Source: Chiloscyllium plagiosum
Lineage: Eukaryota
NCBI RefSeq assembly: GCF_004010195.1
Contig: NC_057754.1
Location: 2,761,341-2,820,145 of the forward strand
Reading direction: 5' to 3'
DNA: 58,805 nucleotides
This document shows positions 49,086 to 58,805 of this stretch, one piece after another (the first letter of the stretch is position 1; each line of letters begins with the position of its first letter). Position numbers and translations under genes: made by a program. The notes beneath the pieces were generated by a model. That model was not told the DNA's origin. It worked only from the letters and a program-made list of their open reading frames with translations, and searched no databases.

Positions 49086-49589
49086 GTGGCACAGTTACTC
49101 CCACCAGCCCAAGCCTCCTTCCCTATCCCTTATCCCATTCGGCCTCTGCTTACTTCCTCCAGGCTCCGCTCCTCTTCCCTCACTGTCTCCCCCCTCACTT
49201 TCCAGCCTTGAACCCTTTCCCATTCTTCCTCAATCTCTCACCGCCCAACCTCGATATGTTCTGGTTCACTTGAACCCTCATCGTTCCTTTTTGTAAAGCA
49301 ATGAGCCTGAAGTCTTGGCTTCTGCGGTGTCTCATTCTGTGGAACCCTTCCCTCTGCCATGTAGGTTACGTGGGTGAGGGCCCCTGTGTTAGCTCTCCAT
49401 CTCTGGAGAACCAATCTAGGTGAGGTTCAGCCAGCTTCTCTCTTCTCTGTTTTATCCCTCCACTCCCCTCACCTTCAGGCAGATCATTAATGGTAGAAAA
49501 AACAGTATCAATCTTTGATATCAGCTACATATCTGAAGCTGGCATTGCCACAAGATTAAATCTGTAATCCATGGGGTGGGATTCACCTG

Positions 49590-49890
49590 CCTTACTATCC
49601 CCAACATCCAGACAGGATGCTTACTGGGTGCATCTATAAAAACTCGTAAGAGTCTTTATGGACACGCCAAATTTCCTTAGCCTCCTGAGGAAGTAGAGAC
49701 GTTGTTGTGCTTTCTTGACCATTGCGTCAATGTGGGTGGACCAGGACAGATTGTTGGTGATCATCATGCCCAGGAACCTGACGCTCTGTGCCATCTCTAC
49801 CTCAGCAACATTGATGCAGACAAGAGTATGCCCACCCCTCCGCTTCCTGAAGGCAATGACCAGCTCCTTCATTTTGCTGGCATTGATGGA
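49590..49890 (-). mobile_element. Rex1/Babar-type LINE fragment
   Basis: NASKMKELVIAFRK..FLGMMITNNLSWSTH..KKAQQRLYFLRRLRKFG. Confidence 0.8.
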
Positions 49891-50260
49891 GAATAAAGCT
49901 CCCTCTGCACTGTCTCCATCGAACACTCCCAGGACTGGGCCGGAGCAGGGCTAGATACAGAGTCAAGCTTCCCCTTTCAAATTTCTTTGCCTCAGCTCTC
50001 TCAGCACCAACAGAGAAACCCACATCAGTTTCCCAAGCCATCCACTCACCACTCTGAGTGTGAGTGCTGATGGGATCTAGTACCAAATCTCGAACAGTTT
50101 TGCGCTTAATGGCAACATTGATGCTGCCCTCAACTGTTTAACATTGCATTTGCAATTCTCCAATCAGACAGGGCTTTAATCCCGAAGTACTGAGCAGATG
50201 AGAGTCGAGCTGATGTTGAGGGTGATGGGGGGGAGCTGTGGATTGTGAAAATTTTTTTTT

Positions 50261-50539
50261 TAGATTAGATTACTTACAGGAAACAGGCCTTTCGGCCCAT
50301 CAAACCCACACCGACCCATTCCCCTACATTTGCCCCTTCACCTAACACTATGGGCAATTTAGCGTGGCCTATTCACCCTAACCTGCATATGTGGGAGGAA
50401 ACCGGAGCACCCGGAGGAAACCCACGCAGACATGGGGAGAATGTGCAAACCACACACAGAGTCGCCTGAGGCGGGAATTGAACCCGGGTGTCTGGCGCTG
50501 TGAGGCAGCGGTGCTAACCACTGTGCCACCGTGCTGCCC
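50261..50539 (-). mobile_element. HE1-type V-SINE
   Basis: Head, V domain and tail. Confidence 0.93.
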
Positions 50540-51171
50540 AAAATGATGATTTTGAGTTCACGGGGAAGTAAAAACATTCTGCCAATGACTGGCAAGTGTG
50601 CAGGAGCTTGACAAAGGCAAAATAAGGCTAAACTGCATTGCCCTCTGCAGCTGAATAGCCTTATTCTGGCCTGCACCATTCAGGCTGTTGAACAATGGGC
50701 ACTGGGTGAGCATCCAGGGGCACTGTTTATTGCCCAGGAGTCAGAGTCTTAAAATGAGGAAGCATGAGTCAGGCTGTTGGGAAAGATACTTTAAAAAAAA
50801 CACAGCAGGCTCTTGTTGTATTTTAGTCCAGCTCATTCTGCGGTCACCTGCTTGCTATTCTATAGCTAATTTGATCTGAAGTTGCCTTGGAAATGGCCGT
50901 ATCAGCTGAAAGTTTGAGCTACAGGAATTTTTAGAAATTAAAAAAAGGGCACCGCCCTTTCTGCACTCGAGGCGTGTGGTGGCTGAGTCATTCTTGGGTG
51001 TGTCCCGAGGAGGCTGAACGGAAGATGAAAGGGCTGGGATTGGAGCCACATATCGAGTCTAACAGGCTGGAAGATTTGCTGGGAGGAGGGAGATTTTGGA
51101 ATTTGCATCTGTGTCTGGGTAAAACCAGAGAGAGTCCTGATTGACTCTGCCCAGAAACCAAAGCACTGAGA

Positions 51172-51724
51172 GAGATGTAGAGTCATGCAGCGTGGAAACA
51201 GGCCCTTCGGTCCAACTCGTCCATGCCGACCAAGTTTCCCAAACTAAACTAGTCCCATTTGCCCGCATTTGGCCAACATCCCTCCAAACCTTTCCTATTC
51301 CTGGGAGTTGCAGTGGGAGAGGGACTCCCTGAGATTATTGTAGAGAGAGGAGGAAAACTTCTTCAAGGCTCCTTGGATGCTGCCTGAACTGCTGTGCTCT
51401 TCCAGCACCACTCATCCAGAAACTGCTTTCCAGCATCTGCAGTCGTTGTTTTTACCCTTTCCCATTCCTGTTCCAGTCCAAATATCTTTTGGTTGTAACT
51501 GTATCTTCATCTACCACTTCCTCTGGCAGTTCATTCCACACACGAACCACCCTCTGTGTGAAAAACTTTCCCCTCACATCCCTTTTAAATCCTAGTTAGC
51601 TTAAAAACATGCCCTCTCGTTTCGAACTCCTCAAGGGAAAGGACCATTGCTGTTCACCTTATCCGTGCCCCTCATAATTTTTAGAAACCTCTAGAAGGTC
51701 ACCCCTCAACCTCCTACGCTCCAG
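51172..51724 (-). mobile_element. CR1 LINE 3' fragment with a nested PLE piece
   Basis: ggaaacaggcccttcggtcc terminus; aggtcacccctcaacctcctacgctccag. Confidence 0.85.
51304..51455. mobile_element. Short PLE family A insertion
   Basis: 15-bp TSD CCTTTCC(T/C)ATTCCTG (51289-51303, 51456-51470); ends in the family A tail. Confidence 0.75.
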
Positions 51725-51845
51725 TGATCTTCAATAGACAATAGACTATAGGTGCAGGCTATTCTGCCCTTTGAGGCTGCACCACCATTCATTATGATCA
51801 TGGCTGATCATCCTCAATCAGTATCAGGGATCTATGGACAAGCAC

Positions 51846-52326
51846 TTTTTTTTAAATTTCAAAAATATACTTTATTCATAAAATAATTTGATGGTCTGTA
51901 CAGTTGGTCATGCCATACATATGTAAACATGTACATACAGAGATCAGAATTTATCATTTTTATACAGGTCTGTACATTTTTCGATCATATGCCCATATAA
52001 TTAGCTGAGGCGTCAGCAGAGCCCAAATGACTGCGTGGGCCCCCTGTTCTTCGTTGGGCAGGCAGACTTTACACAGTGGTCTTTCCCCACCGCGCCTTGG
52101 CGGCAGCTGCCCCAAGCTTCAGCGCGTCCCTCAACACGTAGTCCTGGACCTTGGAATGTGCCAGTCTGCAGCACTCAGTCGGGGTCAACTCCTTCAGCTG
52201 GAAGACCAGCAGGTTTCGGAGCGTCCTTCACCGAGTTGATGATCCTCCAGGCACAGTTGATGTTCGTCTCGGTGTGCGTCCCGGGGAACAGGCCGTAGGG
52301 CACGGAGTCCCGCGTCACGGGATCGC
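51846..52326 (-). mobile_element. Tx1/L1-clade LINE, 5'-truncated ORF2 C-terminus plus 3' UTR
   Basis: YGLFPGTHTETNINCAWRIINSVKDA..RNLLVFQ..RLAHSKVQDYVLRD..KARWGKTTV*; AATAAA plus poly(A); TSD TGGACAAGCAC. Confidence 0.85.
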
Positions 52327-53497
52327 TGGACAAGCACCCCCAAGATGCCTCTTCTCCTGGTGTCCAACCATTCCTTGAGTACTCCCCTGTCTTGCTCCTT
52401 CTCCCAAAGTGTGTCACCTCATATTCATCAGAGTTCATTTCCATCTGCTACCGGTCTACCTATTTGACCAACCTGTTTCTGTCTTCCTGTTACCTAACGT
52501 CTTCTTTCTCGTTGTCAACCGCCTGGGCAGTCATCCGCAAACGTATTTATTATCCTCCGGACATTCTCATCTACATCATTTGGGAATATTGCAAATAGTA
52601 AGGAACCCACAAGCCACTTAGTATTTGTGATCGATTTGCGTGGCACCCTCTTCTGGCACCAAGGGACACTAACGGAGAATGCATGCTGACTCCAAGGACT
52701 GGTCGTGTGGACAGGATTGAGGGCAAAATGAGGGGGCGGGGGGGGGGGGAAGTTTCAATGAGGTTCGGTCCCCGAGTTTCAGTCTGGACCCTCAGTCGCA
52801 CCTGCCAGCTCACCCCTTTTTACCCTCCCCTGTCCCAGGTCCCAACAAGCACCACTCTCCCATTGAGGTAGGAATCCCACAGGGGCTGCCTCTTCCAAGC
52901 CCCCCATCTCAGGTGAACGATTGTTTCCCCCAGTGAAAAACTGTCTGACCGTTTGGCATTGGAAGGAATCACGCTGGATTGCATGGAGGACTGGGAGTGG
53001 ATGGACCAGTTTAACCTTCAGGCCTGGCCCTTTTAGAAGTGGCGGATTGAGCATGGAGTGGGGTTTAGACGTTCCCAGTAATCCCTCCCACTTCAGGCTG
53101 ATTGATCCTCACAGGCACTGAGGCTTGCTGTAGTAACCTCAAAGGCTTTACCTGTTCAGTACAGGCCTGTAGGCTGTTCAATGCAACATTGATCTCCTAC
53201 CTACAGTGCACTTCCTATTGGGTAATCAACATTCACAGTGACTAGAGGATCAGACCCTAACTCGTTGCCCTCCCCACTGGTCACTTAGCACTGGATCCTA
53301 CAACAAAGGGCCTAGAGTGAGATCAGCTAATGCATTACACAGGCTGCATAGTGAAGCTCAGGCCTGCTATGTGTTATGATCACGTTCCAGAATCTTCTGA
53401 GATGAAAATGGGACCAGATCAGTTTAGGAAACCTGGTTGATGTGGACGGGTTGGGTCGAAGGGCCTGTTTGAGTTCTGTATACCTATGGGACTCTAT

Positions 53498-53790
53498 GAT
53501 TAGATTAGATTCCCGACAGGGTGGAAACAGGCCCTTTGGCCCAGCAAGTCCACACTGACCCTCCGATGAGTAACCCACCCAGACCCATTTCCCTCTGACT
53601 GATGCACCAAACACTACGGGCAATTAAGCATGGCCAATTCACGTGACCTGCACATCTTTGGACTGTGGGAGGAAACCGGAGCACCCGGAGGAAACCCACA
53701 CAGACGTGGGGAGAATGTGCAAACTCCACACAGACAGTCACCCGAGGCGGGAATTGAACCTGGGACCCTGGTGCTGTGAGGCAGCAGTGT
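53498..53790 (-). mobile_element. HE1-type V-SINE
   Basis: V domain and tail; 5' end clipped. Confidence 0.93.
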
Positions 53791-53820
53791 TTGGGTGACT
53801 GTTTGTGTACATGCAGCACC

Positions 53821-55515
53821 AGGAGAAAGTGAGGACTGCAGATGCTGGAGAAGGGTGCCTGCTGAAGGGCTTATGCCCGAAACGTCGATTCTCCGGCTTA
53901 TCGGATGCTGCTTGACCTGCTGTGCTTTCTCCTGGGCCGTGAAGTGGGGATAGGTGAACACAAGTAGAGAGTACGGCCTGGTTGGTCGATGGGAGGAAAG
54001 AATCTGGTTAATAGTGGAAGGAAAGGTCAATTAGAGGGATGGAAGGGAGGGAGAGCAGCTGGGAAAGGAGTCAGAGGAATGGGAAGGGAGGTTATTTGAA
54101 ATTGTGGCCCTCAATGTTGAGTCCTCCAGACTGTAGGTTACCCACACAGAAGATGAGGAGTTGCCCCTTCAATTTGCGGTCTGATTCGTTGTGGCAATGG
54201 AGGAGGTCGAGGATGGTCATGTCGGTAAGGGAGTGGGAAGGGGAATTAAAATGGACAGTGCCTCGGAGGTTTTTGTGGGCCCGTCTGAGATGCTCAGCGA
54301 AACGTGCCCTGAGTTTAAGTTTGGTCTCCCCAATGTAGAGAAGACCACATCGGGAGCACCAGTTACGGTGGCTCAGTGGTTAGCGCTGCTGCCTCACAGC
54401 GCCAGGGACCCCGGTTCAATTCCCGGCTTGGGCAACTGTCTGTGTGGAGTTTGCACATTCTCCCCAGTGTCTGCGTGGGTTTCCTCCGGTTTCCTCCCAC
54501 AGTCCAAAGATATGCAGGTTGAATTGGCCATTGCTAAATTGTCCATAGTTTTAGGTGCATCAGTCATGGGTAAATGTAGGGGAATGGGTGGGTTGCTCTT
54601 CGGAGGGTCAGTGTGGATTTGTTGGGTCGAAGGGCCTGTTTCCACACGAAAGTTGGGAAAGGGAGGCTTTTTGAAATTGGAGAACTAATGTTGATTCCTC
54701 TGGGTTGTAAGCTACCCCAGGCAAAAGATAATTATTTGTTCCTCCAATTTGCAGTCTGATTGCTTGTGGCAATGGAGGAGGCTGAGGATGGTCATGTCAG
54801 AGAGGGAATAGGAAGGGGAATTGAAATAGGCAGTGACTGGGAGGCCAGGTCCGCCTTTGTGAGCATGGCTGAGATGCTCAGCAAAACATGCCCTTAGTTT
54901 ACATTCGGTCTCACCAATGCAGAGAAGACCACAGCGGGTGCACTGGGTACAACAAACTAGGTTGGAGGAGAGGCAGGTGAACCTCTGTCTGACCTGGAAG
55001 GACTGGGGTCCTGCATGGAAATGACAGGCGTGGTGTGTCGGCAGATTTTGCATCTTTTACGTTTGCATGGGAGGGTACCAGGGTTTTGTTGGGGGAGTAG
55101 ACGGTAGGTGTGAAGAGTGGTGAAAACCAAGGATTGGCAAAGGGAACGGTCCTTGTGGAAGGCAGAGAGGGGTAGGGAGGGGAAGGTGTTCTTGGTGGTG
55201 GGATCTAATTGGAGTTGGCGGAAGTGTTTCGGGATGATACATTGGATGTGGAGACTGGTTGGGTGGGTCGGTGAGGGAAGGGGACCCTGTCTTTATTGTG
55301 TTTAGATGGGGGCGAGGTTTGGAGCAGTGGAGCAGGGAATGGAGAAGGTGTGGTGCAGGACTGTCTAGATGACAGAGGGGGTAAAGCACGTTGTTCAAAA
55401 TAGGTGGACATCTGGGCTGCCTGGGCGTGGAATGTCTCCTCGTCCGAGCAGATGCAGAGGAATTGGGAGAACGGGATTGTGTTCTTGCAGGATACTGGGA
55501 TGGAGGAGGTGTAGG
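53821..55515 (-). mobile_element. Neptune-type PLE: RT thumb plus GIY-YIG endonuclease remnant with partial tandem duplication and inverted end
   Basis: FTCLSSNLVCCTQCTRCGLLCIGETECKLRACFAEHL..KLEEQIIIFCLG; 54060-54360 repeats 54650-54935. Confidence 0.85.
54365..54647 (+). mobile_element. HE1-type V-SINE nested in the PLE
   Basis: Head, V domain and tail. Confidence 0.92.
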
Positions 55516-55826
55516 TAAAAACAATGACTGCAGATGCTGGAAACCAGATTCTGGATTAGTGGTGCTGGAAGAGCACAGCAATTCAGGCAGCATCCGAGGA
55601 CAGGCAAAATCGACGTTTCGGGCAAAAGCCCTTCATCAGGAATAAAGGCAGAGAGACTGAAGCGTGGAGAGATAAGCTAGAGGAGAGTGGGGGTGGGGAG
55701 AGAGTGGCATAGAGTACAATAGGTCAGGGGGGAAGGAGATGAAGGTGATAGGTCAGGGAGGAGAGGGTGGAGTGGATAGGTGGAAAAGAAGCTGGGCAGG
55801 TCGGACAAGTCCGGACAAGTCAGGGG
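55513..55826 (-). mobile_element. PLE family A 3' end, intact hammerhead motif 55612-55639
   Basis: Reverse complement of 14171-14320. Confidence 0.88.
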
Positions 55827-56888
55827 ATCGAGTTGCTTTACCTCTTAATTTACATGCAGCCTACCGCTTATCCTTAAAGATTGATACTGTAAAAGTAAGA
55901 TTAATTTTTTTTATATACTTACCTTAATGTGCACCAAGGAGGAACTAGTGTTTGTATCAGTCCTTAGCATTTCTGTGGGACACTGGAAGCATCAACCATC
56001 CCAGTTTGTGATCGTCTGTCCCTATCACAGATCCTTCCTGAGCAATGCTGCCTGTGTCGCATAGTTTGCTGTTCACCTTTACTTCCCAGATTGGTGCCTT
56101 AATGTGTACTGTATGTGTCTGCAGCCCACTGGTCATTTTAAAATGAGGTCCCTCTGTTAAAGAGGAAGCAATCATTCCCATGATCAATTTTTATTGGCCT
56201 CAACCAATTTCTACCCTTCAAACTAAAATGGAAATTGCTGTCTGGTTGTGAAAGCAAGTAACATGGTGAGATGAAGAAACTTCAGTAAGGTTGAGGAAGA
56301 CACTTGGAGCACAGAGCTGACAGATGAAATCCCCTGAAGGACAAGAAGCAGGTGTGCTGGCTGTGGGCATATGCTTGATCGTAACTGGTTTAAATGCTTT
56401 TCTTTGAATCAAGGTCAATAATTCTACAGCCATTCTAGCTAATACTAGATTCATCACATCATAGAAATCCCTCAGGTACAGTTCAGGTTATGTTAGAATT
56501 AGAATTTGAATTAGCCTCATTGTCACATGTATTGAAATGAGTACAATGAAAGGTTTACAATTCACCACTTACAGCATCATGTTAGGTATAAAATATCTAA
56601 GTACAGATTCTTAAGTACAAATTCTTATGAAAAACAAATTAGAAAAAAAAAATGTCCAGTAGTACAGACCATAGAAATGAATTTGAAAAATAAGGAAATA
56701 AGAAGTTCAGCAAAACAATCTTTCCAACTCAGTTTAGGCCAAACGATCGCCATGCCAGGTTGTCGAGAAACGTTCAATGTTGATGTTGGGCTGAATATCA
56801 ATTCTATTTCCATTGTCACCTGTTTCCTTTCAGTAGCTCAATCCAAATTAAAATCATTTTATTCAGTAAAATACCATTTACAGCAACT

Positions 56889-57190
56889 TGCGGCACGGTG
56901 GCCCAGTGGTTAGCACTGCTGTCTCACGGCGCCAGAGCCCCAGATTCAATTCCAACCTCAGGTGACTGTCTGTGTGGCATTTGCACATTCTCCCTGTGTC
57001 TGCGTGGGTTTCCTCCAGGTGCCCCGGTTTCCTCCCACAGTCCAAACTTGTGCAGATTAGGTGAATTGGTCACACTAAATAGCCCAGAGTGTTAGGTGTA
57101 GGGGAATGGGTCTGGTGGGCTGCTCTTCGGAGTGTCGGTGTGGACTTGTTGGGCCAAAGGGCCTGTTTCCACACTGTAAGTAATCTAATC
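56889..57190 (+). mobile_element. HE1-type V-SINE
   Basis: Head, V domain and tail. Confidence 0.93.
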
Positions 57191-58380
57191 AGAGAACTGA
57201 ACACTCCACACAGACAAGGAATAACATTTGAAACAATTACTATTGATTTACCTGTGTAAACAATATTTAATTTTATGTATCAGCATTAACACATAATATA
57301 AAGCTGTAAACATATTTTATTTTGAAATAGGTAACTTAGTATGCAACAAACGTCTTGAATATTGCAGTGTGGGAAGAAGATGGGAGGAGGGATTGCTGTG
57401 CAATGGACTTGAACCAGTATCATTTCTGAGTTATCAATGATTGTTACTATCCATGTCTCAGATAATCAGATTCTTGGAAAATGATTACCAGCAAGATTCA
57501 CTTCAACTTGTTGCTTGACAGGTCAGTGATGCATTGAAAACTTGCCTGATGTTCGGCAAATGGTTGATACGTTTCTGACACCCGTGAGTTTTAGACTGAG
57601 GTAAAAAGCATTCAGTACTTTGATTTTTTCTTAACCTTGCATAAATCTTTGAATTTTATTGTTATCTACATTTTAATTAATGGACAATATCTTTCTGAAT
57701 CTGGGTTCACATGGCAAGTAATCATTGAATTAGACAGTAGGACTATTTGAATATTGCTGGAAAGAAAATATGAAAGAATCAAAGTTTTTCATTTTGCATT
57801 CGTGAGCACAAACACAAGAATGTGCAAATTTCAAATGCCTACAATAATTCAGATGCCTTGAGAAAAAGATGATGATTGGCTGACAAGTCAGTTTTGATTG
57901 GTTGAGGCATTGCTTCATGGAGAACCAACAGGAAAAATAGGTTCCCCAGGATTCCTGGCTGAGCAAAGCTTGAACAGATTCCTTGTGTTCAGTGAGAGCA
58001 TGTGTCTGAGCATGATTGCATGCCGCTCCGATCAAGCATAAATAAGTCACATTACAAACTTAACTGATTATTTTAAATTGGTTGGGAGGAGAGCTATTTA
58101 TTACCCAGTCCACTTTTGATGCTCTCTGGCAGCTTTGTTTTCTGGATGAGTTAGATGAAAAATCCTCAACCATTCCAATTCAAGATGAAGAACAGAAAGG
58201 CACCCAGCAAGTGTGGACTATCATCTGAATTGCTTAACTACTGAAAGACCTGTGTGTCACCACAATTGTCCTTCTGTGTTGGAGAGTGGACTCCATTCCA
58301 TGATGCTGCGCAAAAATAAAGGAGGTTGCAACCACTGTGGCATTCGACCCTTTGTCATCATGAGAAAGGCCCTTGTTAGG

Positions 58381-58521
58381 ATCATAGAACATAGAACAAT
58401 ACAGAGCACAACAGGCCCTTTGACTCTCGAGTTGCACTGACCTGTGAACTACTCTAAGTCCATCCCCCGCAACTATCCCATCATCATCCATATACTTATC
58501 CAAGGACTGTTTAAAAGCCCT
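58381..58521 (-). mobile_element. CR1 3' terminus (same family as 5349-5988)
   Basis: catagaacatagaacaat tail; MDKYMDDDGIV. Confidence 0.85.
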
Positions 58522-58524
58522 TGT

Positions 58525-58805
58525 GTTCTGTTGTGGTTCTGTTCGCCGAGCTGGGAATTTGTGTTGCAGACGTTTCGTCCCCTGTCTAATTCAACCCAAA
58601 CGCTGGGTCAGATATGTGGATGACACCTTTGTAATCATTAAAAACACAGAAATAGAGAACACACACCGGATCATCAACGCCACACTCACAGGAATCCGAT
58701 TCACCAGAGAGTAAAAAATGGACAACCAACTCCCATTCCTAGACGTGATGGTACAGAGAACACCGAACGGAGAATTCACCACAAAGGTACACAGGAAAGC
58801 CACAC
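58525..58805 (+). mobile_element. Poseidon/Penelope-type PLE RT fragment with inverted terminal piece
   Basis: PKRWVRYVDDTFVI..IRFTRE*..QLPFLDVMV..FTTKVHRKAT; 58525-58588 carries GAAACGTC on the minus strand. Confidence 0.8.

Overview
This is repeat-dense eukaryotic DNA, almost certainly from a cartilaginous fish (shark), inferred from 24 HE1-type V-SINE copies and their partner CR1 LINEs. I found no intact protein-coding gene, rRNA, tRNA gene or CRISPR array; nearly every ORF in the track is a decayed or antisense reading of a retroelement. Contents: HE1 SINEs; many 5'-truncated CR1/L2 fragments; Deu-domain SINE remnants; Rex/Babar and Tx1/L1 fragments; two TG..CA solo LTRs with 4-bp TSDs; a Gypsy LTR+gag remnant; a Tigger-like MITE; three minisatellites; an orphan C2H2 zinc-finger fragment; and two assembly gaps. 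The most interesting system is the Penelope-like element (PLE) complement. It has RT and GIY-YIG remnants of two PLE types plus about 20 short non-coding PLE ends carrying minimal hammerhead-ribozyme motifs from two sequence families (CTGAnGA-A-stemII-GAAA with palindromic ACGT or AGCT). These ends are often inserted as head-to-head palindromes with 9-15 bp TSDs. One copy captured an inverted copy of its flank, and one sits beside its own empty site. Hammerheads in PLEs are a known phenomenon; whether these shark mini-elements are described could not be checked. Boundaries of old, diverged repeats are approximate.
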